A stretch of 64,000 bases of DNA, taken from positions 2,528,088 to 2,592,087 of the forward strand of contig CBDHFM010000030.1 of assembly GCA_965262505.1 (NCBI GenBank). The letters are read 5' to 3'. The stretch comes from Vicinamibacterales bacterium. Lineage in GTDB: Bacteria; Acidobacteriota; Vicinamibacteria; Vicinamibacterales; UBA2999. Both the position numbers and the translations under genes were made by a program. The number at the start of each line of letters is the position of its first letter. Within the stretch, counting starts at the first letter, position 1. Below, piece after piece: positions 1 to 9,742 of the stretch. The notes beneath the pieces were generated by a model that saw only the letters and a program-made list of their open reading frames with translations, did no database searches and had not been told where the DNA came from.

Positions 1-909
1 ACCGACGTCGTCCATGCGCTGGCCGGCGCCGGCCGCCGCCAGCGGCAGGCGGCGCGGAAGCGGTTTGGTGCGCTCGCGGTCTGCGATTCGCCGACGACAC
101 ACATCCGGTACCGGAAGACGCTACTGAGTGAAGAATACGCAAGATGGGGACACCAGCCGACCGATTTCGACGACACGACCATTGAATCGATCGAAAAAGA
201 GTACGAGGAAAGTGACCTGATCCTGGTGACGTCTCGATTCGCCTATCAGAGTTTTGTGACGCGCGGAGTCCCCCCGTCCAAGCTGGCGATCGTACCCTAC
301 GGCGTGGATTGCGACGAGTACCGGCCGATGCCCAGGACCGACGGTGTCTTCCGGATCCTCTTCGTGGGAACACTGTCGATTCGTAAAGGCCTTCCGTATC
401 TTCTCGACGCCGTCTCCAGGCTCCGCTGGCCGGATGCCGAGCTCGCGCTGCGGGGTTCCCTCAAGACTGAATCGAAGGAATTACTCGATAGATATCGGGG
501 CGCGATTCCGATCTCGATGGTTCCACCCCTGCCACGATCGCAGCTCAAGCAACTGTACTCGAGCGCGTCCGTGCTGGTGCTACCGTCCATTGAAGACGCG
601 TTCGGCCTCGTCATCGGTCAGGCGTTGGCCTGCGGCACGCCGGTCATCGCCACCACGCATACGGGCGGTCCGGACCTCATCGAACACGGGGTGAACGGGT
701 TCATCGTTCCACCTGGGAACGCAACCGCGTTAGAGGGCGCCTTGACAACCGCCTACGAGAACCGTGAGAAGCTGGCCGAAATGGGTGCGGAGGCGCGCCG
801 GCGGACCGAAGGCGCGCGCGGCTGGGGCCAGTACGCGGACGGCGTGCTCGCCGAGTATGGGCGTGCGATCGAAAGGCGCGCCGGCGAGAGGCGAGGCCAC
901 GCGACTTGA
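1..909 (+). CDS. Glycosyltransferase family 4 (GT-B, group 1), 5'-partial at window edge
   Basis: Frame 1 has no stop from nt 1 into listed ORF 226..909. C-terminal GT1 signature: LPSIEDAFGLVIGQALACGTPVIATTHTGGPDLIEHGVNGFIVPPGN. Stop overlaps the next start (TTGA at 906-909). Confidence 0.85.
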   Translation, partial: TDVVHALAGAGRRQRQAARKRFGALAVCDSPTTHIRYRKTLLSEEYARWGHQPTDFDDTTIESIEKEYEESDLILVTSRFAYQSFVTRGVPPSKLAIVPYGVDCDEYRPMPRTDGVFRILFVGTLSIRKGLPYLLDAVSRLRWPDAELALRGSLKTESKELLDRYRGAIPISMVPPLPRSQLKQLYSSASVLVLPSIEDAFGLVIGQALACGTPVIATTHTGGPDLIEHGVNGFIVPPGNATALEGALTTAYENREKLAEMGAEARRRTEGARGWGQYADGVLAEYGRAIERRAGERRGHAT

Positions 910-2276
910 TCGACGACGCACGATCGGAGCCCTCGCGCGGCACTGCGATCGCCGGGACGACGATTACGTCCGCGGTGATCATGGCGTGCGGTGTTGTCAC
1001 GGGCCTGATTGCTGCGCGCAGCCTCGGACCGTCCGGCCGCGGGGAACTGACGGCCATCGTCGTCTGGGCCAGCACCCTGCTGTACGCGGGAACGCTGGGC
1101 CTGCCCGAGGCAATCGCGTACCATGCTGCTGCCGAGCGGGAGTCGCGCGACCGGGTATGGGCCACGGGACAGGCTACCGCGGTGGCACTCGGGATCCTCG
1201 TCACGCTCGTCGGCTGGTGGCTCCTCCCGGTGGTGCTTGGGCGGGACGCGGCCGCGACGACGACCACGATCCGCTGGTTCGTGGTCTGGTTTGCGGTGCC
1301 GTGCATAGGGTCCCTCTGTGCGGGCGCCTGGCTCCAAGGGGCAGGACGCTTGCGCGCGTTCAATATCAGCCGCGCCACGGTGCCAGTCGTCCACGCGGTA
1401 GGAGCGCTCGTCTTATTGGCGGCAGGCAGTCGTTCGGTCAGAGCCTTCGCAACCGCACTGCTTGTGGGCGTGTTCGCCAGCTGGCTGGTGGCGGGAAGCC
1501 AGGGTCCGCTCAGGGCGGCGCTGACAGCCGGCGCATCGACGCAGCTGGCACGGCGGATGCTACATTACGGCGGCCGAGTGCAATTCGGCAGCTGGGCCAA
1601 TGTCGCCAACGTGCGGCTCGACCAGCTCCTGCTCTCGGTATTCGCGCCGGCGGCCTCGTTGGGGATCTACGTGGTCGGCGTGAGCTACGCGAGCATTTTG
1701 TTTGCGATTCCGTCCTCGGCCTCGTTCGTCATGCTGCCTGACATCGTGCGGCAACACCGCGCCGGCATGGCGCGGGCATGTTTCGAGCAGTGGTACCGCC
1801 GTCTGCTCTGGATCACGTTGCTGGCGGGCGCCGTGCTCGCACCGGCAGCCATCCTCATCGTGCCGGCTGCATTTGGCAACGGTTTTCGCGGCGCCGTACC
1901 GCTCGGAATCCTGCTCGTGCCGGCTACGGCGCTGCTCGGCATGAACGTAATCGTCGCGACGGCCTTTCGGGGAATTGGGCGCCCGGAGATCGGCAGCAAG
2001 GCTGAAGTCGTGGGGCTCCTCGTCACCATCGCTGCTCTGGCGGCGTTGCTGCCGACTTATGGCATCTACGGGGCAGTCGCCGCGTCCCTACTCGCGTACG
2101 GGTCGAGCCATCTGTACCTGGCGCGACAGGCAGTGATCGTCTTCGGAACGGACCCGAAATCCCTGTGCGTCCCGACGCGTGACGATTTGACTGCATTGCA
2201 CGCCGCCTGGCTGAGGACGCGGTGCCGAGTCACCCGCAGGCCGCCGGAGCCATCCGTTAGGACGCAGGAACTGTAG
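906..2276 (+). CDS. Polysaccharide flippase, Wzx/MOP (PST) family membrane protein
   Basis: 456 aa, about 12 hydrophobic segments, typical oligosaccharide-flippase layout. Sits in a glycosyltransferase cluster and is translationally coupled to the upstream GT. Confidence 0.75.
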   Translation: MIDDARSEPSRGTAIAGTTITSAVIMACGVVTGLIAARSLGPSGRGELTAIVVWASTLLYAGTLGLPEAIAYHAAAERESRDRVWATGQATAVALGILVTLVGWWLLPVVLGRDAAATTTTIRWFVVWFAVPCIGSLCAGAWLQGAGRLRAFNISRATVPVVHAVGALVLLAAGSRSVRAFATALLVGVFASWLVAGSQGPLRAALTAGASTQLARRMLHYGGRVQFGSWANVANVRLDQLLLSVFAPAASLGIYVVGVSYASILFAIPSSASFVMLPDIVRQHRAGMARACFEQWYRRLLWITLLAGAVLAPAAILIVPAAFGNGFRGAVPLGILLVPATALLGMNVIVATAFRGIGRPEIGSKAEVVGLLVTIAALAALLPTYGIYGAVAASLLAYGSSHLYLARQAVIVFGTDPKSLCVPTRDDLTALHAAWLRTRCRVTRRPPEPSVRTQEL

Positions 2277-2277
2277 A

Positions 2278-3711
2278 GTGAACGAGACACTGCTCCCTCT
2301 GGCGCTTGGGATTGGCGTCGTCTGGCTGGCCCTAGCCTTCCTGTACAGCCGGCATGCCGTATGGTTTTTGTTGTTATGGGTCCCGATACAAGGCTGGGTC
2401 CAGCTCAACCTGTTCAACGACTCGAGCGCGACGGTCCTGATCTACGAGTTCCAGATCATCGGGATATACCTGGTCTTCGGGATCCGAGCACTGCGTGCGT
2501 CCGATGCGTACGGCCCGCCAAGAACGGTTTGGCTCGCGGCGCCCTTCGTTCTCTGGGTACTGGCCCTCATCCCGTGGAGCGTGGCCACGAACGGTTCCCT
2601 TCTGACGGTTCTTGGCCTCAGATCGCTGTTGCTGCCGTTGCCACTGGCCTGGATCGGCTATCGCGCCTTTGAACATCGGCGGCAACTCGAAAACGTCGGG
2701 AAGCTGGTGATGCTGGAACTGGGCCTCGTCGCTTGGGTCACAGCCGCTCAGTTCGCGCAGGTCGGCTCAACTTCCCTCACCGGCGCAATGAGCGAACTCT
2801 CCGTGGGTTTCAGTAACGTTGGGGTGGTTCGACCGCCAGGGACGTTCTCGGCGCCCGGACATCTGGGAATGTACGTGCTCGTTTCCGTGCCCTTCGCCAT
2901 CGGACTGCTCGGCTTGAGCGTGACGTTTAAGACCCGAGTTATTTATGCGATCGGGCTGGCGGGAGCGACGATCGCCCTGATGGTGAATACGCAGAGGGCG
3001 ACGATCGTGCTGCTCGCCGTGACGCTGCCTTTGGTATTCTTGCTGGCCCGGAAGCTGCGGGCGGTAAGGAACGGCCTGATCGCCCTCTGCGTGCTCGGCG
3101 CAGGCGGCGTGATTGGAGCCCAGGTAGCCGGTGGGGCGTTCGCCGAGCGAATAGCGAGCATCTCGTCGGACGCCCAAAACACACTGGTCCTTATCCCGAC
3201 CGAACGGATGGCGACCGCACTGGAGAATCCAGTGATTGGCGAGGGACTCGGAATAGCCTCGCCTGGCGCGGCGCGTGTTTTTGTGCCTCTAGGAGGACGC
3301 ACGGACGTCGTCGTGACGGCAATCAGGCCTTCAGAGAGTTTCATGGCATCGCTCGTGTACGAGACCGGAGTCCCCGGCCTCTTCCTGTTCTTTCTGTTCA
3401 TGGCCGCGTTGCTGACCGCCGGTGTACGGTCCGTTCGCGCATGTCGACACACCGACATGGGGCTGCTGGCTGCCGCGATTGTGGGGTTTCAGGTGGCGAT
3501 CTGGCTTCAGAGCTGGTCGTACGATCCCCTTCACTTCCCTCCGAGTCGCGTGCTGTTCTGGTTCTGGGCAGGCGTGCTCTTGAGCTTGCCACGGCTGGCC
3601 GCTACCGCCGCTGTTCAGAGACCCGCGGCCATGCCGCGAAGGGCATCCGTCCAGAGGCGACGTCTCGTCGGACAGCCGCGCCCGTCGGCGCGGCGCCCAT
3701 CGGTCGCATGA
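2278..3711 (+). CDS. O-antigen ligase/polymerase (Wzy/WaaL-like) family membrane protein
   Basis: 477 aa polytopic protein with a large loop (..ENPVIGEGLGIASPGAARVF..SESFMASLVYETGVPGLFLF..) resembling the Wzy_C region. Confidence 0.65.
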   Translation: MNETLLPLALGIGVVWLALAFLYSRHAVWFLLLWVPIQGWVQLNLFNDSSATVLIYEFQIIGIYLVFGIRALRASDAYGPPRTVWLAAPFVLWVLALIPWSVATNGSLLTVLGLRSLLLPLPLAWIGYRAFEHRRQLENVGKLVMLELGLVAWVTAAQFAQVGSTSLTGAMSELSVGFSNVGVVRPPGTFSAPGHLGMYVLVSVPFAIGLLGLSVTFKTRVIYAIGLAGATIALMVNTQRATIVLLAVTLPLVFLLARKLRAVRNGLIALCVLGAGGVIGAQVAGGAFAERIASISSDAQNTLVLIPTERMATALENPVIGEGLGIASPGAARVFVPLGGRTDVVVTAIRPSESFMASLVYETGVPGLFLFFLFMAALLTAGVRSVRACRHTDMGLLAAAIVGFQVAIWLQSWSYDPLHFPPSRVLFWFWAGVLLSLPRLAATAAVQRPAAMPRRASVQRRRLVGQPRPSARRPSVA

Positions 3712-3746
3712 CGTAGTCCGGTCCCCGGGCAGCGGTCTCGCTCATT

Positions 3747-4904
3747 GTGCGCGTCCTTCACGTTGTCACCAGCGTCTCGGTGAAATCCGGCGGCCCCAGC
3801 AACGTCTCCGGGCTCGTGCGTTGGCTCACGAAGTCTGGCGCCGACGCGACGCTGCTGACGACGAACACCGATCCGCAAGAACGCCTCGACGTGCCGCTGA
3901 ATCGCCCGGTGATCAGAGACGGCGTCACGCATGTGTTTCATGACGTCTGGACAATTGGCGGCCGCTGGGCCCTGGCGCCGTCGATGATGCGAACGCTCCG
4001 CAAGACCGTTGGGACCTATGACCTCGTCCACATCCATTGGCTGTATAACTTTCCGAGTCTCGCTGCGGCCTGGGCCGCCGTGGCGGCCGGCGTCCCGTTC
4101 GTCGTGCAGCCGCGCGGCAGCCTGGACCCGCACATGTTCAGGAAAAACCGTCTGCTGAAGCGCTTGTACCTGGCGACGGTGTGCCGCCCTCTGCTCACCC
4201 GCGCGGCGGCCGTGGTGTTTACCGCGGAGCGGGAGCGCGCCCTCGCGTCGTACAAGGGAACACGCCCCGAGTGGATCGTGCCCAACGGCCTCGACATGTC
4301 GATGTTTGAACGTCTCCCGCCCAGCGGGACGTTCCGGGCCGCGTTTCCCGTCATTGATGGCGCGTTCCTGCTGTTTCTGGGCCGGTTGAGCCGCCAGAAG
4401 GGGCTTGACCTGCTGCTCGGCGCGTTCCAGCGAATCGCGCGGGCGCGAAGCGACCTCTGGCTGGTCCTCGCCGGCCCGGACCATCAAGACTACGAGGTAC
4501 ATGTGCGCGCCCTGGCTCGGCAAGTCGGCATCGAGCACCGGGTGCTCTTCACCGGCTTGCTCCAGGGCGAGCTGAAGCTCGCGGCGCTAGTCGATGCGGA
4601 TCTATTCGTTCTGCCGTCGTACGCCGAGAACTTCGGTACAGTGATCATCGAAGCGCTCGCCTGCGGCCTGCCTGTGCTGATTTCGGATCAGGTGAACATT
4701 TACCCGGAGCTTTCGGCTGCGGGCGTGGCGACCGTCGTCACGTGCTCGGTGGACAGCGTCGCCGACGGAATCGAATCGGCGCTGGCCGACACCGGCGCCC
4801 GCCAGCGGATCCGGACGCTCGGACCAGCGTTCGTGCGCGCACACTACACCTGGGACGCCATCATCCCGACACTGGTGGAGAGATACACGGAAGTGATCGC
4901 GTGA
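3747..4904 (+). CDS. Glycosyltransferase family 4
   Basis: 385 aa. N-terminus MRVLHVVTSVSVKSGGPS; C-terminus LPSYAENFGTVIIEALACGLPVLISD (GT1 EX7E region). Confidence 0.85.
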   Translation: MRVLHVVTSVSVKSGGPSNVSGLVRWLTKSGADATLLTTNTDPQERLDVPLNRPVIRDGVTHVFHDVWTIGGRWALAPSMMRTLRKTVGTYDLVHIHWLYNFPSLAAAWAAVAAGVPFVVQPRGSLDPHMFRKNRLLKRLYLATVCRPLLTRAAAVVFTAERERALASYKGTRPEWIVPNGLDMSMFERLPPSGTFRAAFPVIDGAFLLFLGRLSRQKGLDLLLGAFQRIARARSDLWLVLAGPDHQDYEVHVRALARQVGIEHRVLFTGLLQGELKLAALVDADLFVLPSYAENFGTVIIEALACGLPVLISDQVNIYPELSAAGVATVVTCSVDSVADGIESALADTGARQRIRTLGPAFVRAHYTWDAIIPTLVERYTEVIA

Positions 4905-5872
4905 GCGCCCCCGTTTCCGTCCTCGTGTTGACCATGAACGAGGAGCGCAACATCACTGCGTGCCTCGACAGCGTTGTCGGCTGGGCAGCCGATATCGTGG
5001 TCGTGGACAGCGGCAGTGTCGACCGCACGATAGCGTTATGCAGGGAACGCGGCGTCGAGACCCTCGCTCATCCGTATGTGGACCACCGCAGCCAAATGAG
5101 CTGGGCGATGGCGTCCGTCCCTTGGAAGCATGATTGGCTCCTGTTGCTCGATGCGGACCATATTGTGACGGTCGAGTTGAAGCGGGAGATCGAGCAGATG
5201 CTGCATCAAGACAACGGCTCCGTTCACGGCTTCTACAATCCACACCGCCAGTATTTTCGCAATCGCCTGGTCCGCGGACTCAAGACCGAATACCTTCAAC
5301 TGGTCCGCCGGACGCACGCGCGTATGGATGATAGTGAGCTCGTCGATTTCCGGATCATTGTGGATGGTCCCACCGGCACGCTCTCTGGCGCCATCATTGA
5401 GAGCAACCAGAACGAGCTGGATATCGACTTCTGGGTTGACAAGCACCAGAAATTCGCGCGGAGGACAGCCATTGAGGAAATCCTGCGTGCGGAGAAAGTC
5501 CTGGCTTGGTCCAATAACTTGCGGCCACGTCTGCTTGGGAATCCAGACGAGCGCATGATTCTGCTCAAGACCGTCTGGTACAGGATGCCCCTCTACGTTC
5601 GTCCAGTATTGTTTTTCTTCTATCGCTACCTTCTGCGCCTGGGATTCCTCGACGGCTGGAATGGTTTGGTGTTTCATGGGTTCCAGGCGTTCTGGTTCCG
5701 GTTACTCGTGGACGTGCACATCGCCGAGTATCGACGACAACTCGCACAGAACGAAGTCTCCCTCGAGCAGTTACTGAGGATGGCGGGTGGGGCACCCTTG
5801 AATGATGGGACGATGCAGCCGGCAGTCTCGCTGCGTGAGAATATGTCCACGAGAGGCACGCATCATGGCTGA
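4901..5872 (+). CDS. Glycosyltransferase family 2
   Basis: The GTG at 4901 overlaps the previous stop (GTGA). VSAPVSVLVLTMNEERNITACLDSV..DIVVVDSGSVDRT is a GT2 N-terminal fold with a DxD-like LLDAD. I trimmed the listed ORF 4742.. because its first 53 aa overlap the upstream GT. Confidence 0.8.
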   Translation: MSAPVSVLVLTMNEERNITACLDSVVGWAADIVVVDSGSVDRTIALCRERGVETLAHPYVDHRSQMSWAMASVPWKHDWLLLLDADHIVTVELKREIEQMLHQDNGSVHGFYNPHRQYFRNRLVRGLKTEYLQLVRRTHARMDDSELVDFRIIVDGPTGTLSGAIIESNQNELDIDFWVDKHQKFARRTAIEEILRAEKVLAWSNNLRPRLLGNPDERMILLKTVWYRMPLYVRPVLFFFYRYLLRLGFLDGWNGLVFHGFQAFWFRLLVDVHIAEYRRQLAQNEVSLEQLLRMAGGAPLNDGTMQPAVSLRENMSTRGTHHG

Positions 5873-6671
5873 CACGACTATCAGGACGCGGGACGATTTG
5901 ATCGTCGTCGCCGGCGCCGGCGGATTCATCGGGGGCCACCTCGTCGCCGAGCTGGCGCGCCTCGGTTGCCGGCGCCTCCGTGCTGTCGACATCAAACCGA
6001 TCGGAGACTGGTATCAGGTGCTGCCGGACGCAGACAACCGCCAGCTCGACTTGCGGCGACGTGAGGCGTGCCTTGAAGCCGCCGCAGATGCGCACTACGT
6101 CTACAACCTGGCGGCCGACATGGGCGGGATGGGATTCATCGAAACCCACAAGGCGGAGTGCATGCTTTCGGTGCTGATCAACACGCACATGCTGATGGCG
6201 GCGCGCCACGCGAAGATCGAACGCTACTTCTACTCGTCATCAGCATGCGTGTACGCCGCGGACAAGCAGACGCGAACGGACGTGGCGCCGTTGAAGGAAG
6301 AAGACGCCTATCCGGCAATGCCGGAAGACGGCTACGGATGGGAGAAGCTCTTCAGCGAGCGGATGTGCCGCCATTTCCGCGAGGACTATGGCCTGGAGAC
6401 CCGCGTCTCGCGTTATCACAACGTGTACGGTCCCCACGGGACCTACGAAGGCGGTCGTGAAAAGGCGCCCGCAGCCATCTGTCGAAAAGTGATTGCCGCG
6501 CAGCGGGCAGGCTCCGACGAAATCGAGATATGGGGAGACGGCGAACAAACACGAAGCTTCATGTACATCGACGATTGTCTGTTCGGCACACAACGACTGA
6601 TGGCGAGCGACGTCCGCGAGCCGATCAACATCGGCAGCGACGAGCTCGTGTCCCGACTGGAGCACGCCTGA
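5865..6671 (+). pseudogene. GDP-mannose 3,5-epimerase-like NAD-dependent epimerase, C-terminally truncated
   Basis: ATG at 5865. GAGGFIGGHL Rossmann motif. NLAADMGGMGFI, YSSSACVY, GWEKL, GGREKAPAAICRK and GDGEQTRSFMYIDD match the plant/bacterial GME family almost motif for motif. The ORF stops right after INIGSDELVS, and the last ~60 aa of the family are absent. Confidence 0.6.
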
Positions 6672-7219
6672 ACCTCGGCTCCGGGCGCGCCACCCTGCCC
6701 AACTGGATCAATGCGGACCTCAATCCGTTTTCCGATGCCGAGGTCTGGACCGATCTTCGCGACCGCTGGCCGGTTCGAGAAGGCAGCGTCTCGGTAATCT
6801 ACTCGCGGCATTGTTTCGAGCACTTCAACGAGCGTGACCTGCTGGGCATCCTGCGACAGTGTGCGCGAGTGCTCCAGCCTGGCGCCGGCATCCGGATTGG
6901 CGTGCCTTCGCTCGAAACGGCGGTTCGGCAATACCTGCAACGGGATTTCTCGTTTGCCGGCTGGCTCGATCAGAAAGAGCCGACGGCAAAGAAATTTGTG
7001 GCCTACATCACGGATAACGGAAATCATCCGATCATGCTGGATTTCGAGTTCCTCGAGCGGTTGCTCGCCGCGGTCGGCTTCACGGAGATCCAGCGGCGAT
7101 CGGGTGGCGACTCCGGCGTTCTGGCTCCGTCGCTGTTGACTCAGGAGGACAATGAGACAGACTGGGCCACGTTGTACGTAGAGGCGGTCAAGCCGGCGCG
7201 CGACCCGGTTGCCTGTTAG
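6668..7219 (+). pseudogene. Class I SAM-dependent methyltransferase lacking its own start codon
   Basis: Homology begins at LNLGSGRATLPNWINADLNP (motif I), in a different frame from the epimerase and exactly where the epimerase ends. VIYSRHCFEHF and VLQPGAGIRIGVP follow. The only upstream ATG in frame (6530) lies deep inside the epimerase gene. Confidence 0.55.
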
Positions 7220-7233
7220 AAAGCGTTCAGTCG

Positions 7234-8508
7234 TTGGCCCGCTTCTTCATCGTCTCCATCAACTACGCGCCGGAACCCACCGGCTTCGCGCCGAAAGCGA
7301 CGGCGTTTGCGGAACATCTCGCGCGGCAGGGGCACGAAGTACTGGTGTTCACCGGGTTTCCCTTTGCGCCGGACTGGCGGCGGCGGGAAGAGTATCGCGG
7401 CCGCCTGTTCTCGAGAGAACGCACCGGCAATCTCACCGTTCACCGGGTCACACACTATATTCCGCGCCGGCCGTCGAGCGTCGTGGAGCGCCTCGTCATG
7501 GAAGGCTCGTTCAGTGTGACGGCGTTTGCGGCGATGGTCGCCGCGATGTTGGGCGGCCCGGGCCGTCCCGACGCGGTGCTCTACATCGGAGCCCAACCAG
7601 CCCTGGCAATGCTTGCCCGGATCGTCGCCACGCTGGCGGGCTGCCCATATTTCGTGAGGGTCACGGATCTCGCGGCGCAGGCCGCGCTGGACGTCGGCAT
7701 CGTCGGCAGACGGTTGAGCCGGGTGCTGGAGGCCTTTGAGTTCGCAGCCTACCGGAAGGCCGCAGGTGCTTTCGTGCTCTGCCGCAGTTTCGAGGAGGTA
7801 CTCGCGGCCCGCGGGTATCCGGCCAGCCGCATTCATCTGATTCGCGACCCGACCGATCTTGAACTGATCAAACCCGTGCCGCGGAACGGCGTGTTTCGCG
7901 CGCGCCATGACATTCCCGCCGGCGCGTTCGTCGTGATGCATGCCGGCAGCATGGGGCTGAAACAGGGGCTGATGAACGTCGTGGCCGCCGCGAGCCTGAC
8001 TCGCGACGCGGATATCTGCTGGGTGCTGGTGGGAGCGGGCGAAGCCAGGTCCGAACTGATCGACGCCACCCGCCGTGACGGCCTTGATCGCACTGTGCGG
8101 TTCGTTCCGTTTCAATGGGACGACGAGCTCTCAGGGATGTTCGCGGCCGCGGACGTCCTGCTCCTCAACCAGCTGAATACGGTGAAGGACACCGCGATCC
8201 CATCGAAGCTGCTTACGTACATGGCCTCTGGACGCCCGGTGCTGGCGGCGGTGAATCCGACCAGCCAGGCCGCGGAGATCGTGCGTGAAGCGAATGGCGG
8301 AATGCTCGTTGTGCCGGAGGATCCTGAAGCATTGTCAGCGTCGGCTCGGTGGTTCATGACCCAGAGTGGCGAAACGCTGGCTGCCTTTTCGGCGCGTAAC
8401 CGCGCGTACGCGGAAATACATTTCGACCAGCGCAGGATTGTCGCCGCGCACGAGGCGCTCATGCTCAAAGCGATAGACGCCAGGTCGGCCTCTGCGCGTA
8501 CTGCCTAA
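7234..8508 (+). CDS. Glycosyltransferase family 4, WcaI-like
   Basis: TTG start. FFIVSINYAPEPTGFAPKATAFAEHLARQGHEVLVFTGFP is the WcaI-type N-terminus. GT-B C-terminal half. Confidence 0.8.
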   Translation: MARFFIVSINYAPEPTGFAPKATAFAEHLARQGHEVLVFTGFPFAPDWRRREEYRGRLFSRERTGNLTVHRVTHYIPRRPSSVVERLVMEGSFSVTAFAAMVAAMLGGPGRPDAVLYIGAQPALAMLARIVATLAGCPYFVRVTDLAAQAALDVGIVGRRLSRVLEAFEFAAYRKAAGAFVLCRSFEEVLAARGYPASRIHLIRDPTDLELIKPVPRNGVFRARHDIPAGAFVVMHAGSMGLKQGLMNVVAAASLTRDADICWVLVGAGEARSELIDATRRDGLDRTVRFVPFQWDDELSGMFAAADVLLLNQLNTVKDTAIPSKLLTYMASGRPVLAAVNPTSQAAEIVREANGGMLVVPEDPEALSASARWFMTQSGETLAAFSARNRAYAEIHFDQRRIVAAHEALMLKAIDARSASARTA

Positions 8509-8510
8509 CC

Positions 8511-9742
8511 ATGGCGGCCTTGATCGTCACGACCATCGCGCTCGGAACGCTGGCGTTCGGCGCTGTGTACCCGTGGGGATTTCTGCCGCTGTTCGCAACG
8601 GCAGCCCTCATTGGCGTTGTCGGGCTTCGCCGCGGAGGCGTTTCGCGCGACGTTCGTCCGGTGGCCATCGCCGTTCTGCTGCTGTGGATCGCCGGCGCGC
8701 TGCAACTGGTCCCGATGTCGCGACCCATGCTCGATACGCTCAGCCCGCACGCCGCCACAATCCTGAGCAGCTACGATCTGGCGTTCGCCAGTACAGACCC
8801 TCAATGGGTCCCGTTGTCCGTCGACGCGCAAAGCACGCAGATTGCGCTCCTGGCCCTCGGAGCGCTGGGCCTGTATCTGCTCGGGCTGCCCGCGCTACTC
8901 GGAGGACACAGCCTGCGACGTGTGCCGCTAGCGCTCGCGGTGTTCGTCGTACCGCTCGCGTTGTTCGGCATCTACAGCCGTGAGTACGTCAACGGCCTCG
9001 TCTACTGGTTCTGGCAGCCGCAGGACGGAGGCGGTGCGAACCTGGCCGGCCCGTTCGTCAACCGTAATCACTTCGCGGGATGGATGCTGATGGCCGTCTC
9101 CCTACTGATCGGCTGGCTGTTCGGTCAAGTCGAACGAGCCGTGCCCGGGGGCGGCGGCCGGCGTCCCCGCCACGTCGAATGGCTGTCGTCCGCGGAGGCG
9201 AACGGCCTGCTGATGACGGGCGGTGTCGTTTTGGTGGCCTCGATTTCCCTGTTCTGGACGATGTCCCGTTCCGCGATCATCGGGTTCGGTGTCGGCGCGG
9301 CAGCGTTTGCGTGGCTCGCGGTGCAACGCCGCCGCTTGAACGGTACGCGACGCGCGGTCGTCCTCGTCACCCTGGGCGCGGTGTTGCTTGGGGGCGTCGT
9401 CTGGCGCGAACCGGGCCGGCTCTTCGCCAGGTTCCAGCACTGGCGCAGGCGCACAATGATTACCTGCAGTTGCTCGCCGAAGGCGGGCTTCTCGTGGCGC
9501 TGCCTGCCGCCGTCGCGGTCGTCCTGTTGACCCGTGCGATACGCCGCAACCTGCGCGCGGCCCGTGGGGAAGCGCGTGGCTACTGGATCCGGGCCGGGGC
9601 GGCCGTGGGGCTATTGGCGATGGCCGTTCAGGAGGTGTTCGAATTCAGCCTGCAGATTCCGGCAAATGCGCTGCTGTTCTGCACGCTTGCGGCACTAGCC
9701 ATCACGCCTCTCAGCGAGAATCAGACGCCGCGTGATGACTGA
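8511..9742 (+). pseudogene. O-antigen ligase (Wzy_C) family gene with internal deletion/frameshift near 9420-9450
   Basis: The N-terminal TM region is in ORF 8511..9530. The conserved C-terminal AHNDYLQLLAEGGLLVALP is in a second frame (ORF 9080..9742). Only ~20 aa separate the last N-terminal TM from AHNDYLQ, where family members have a ~80-100 aa loop. Confidence 0.6.
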
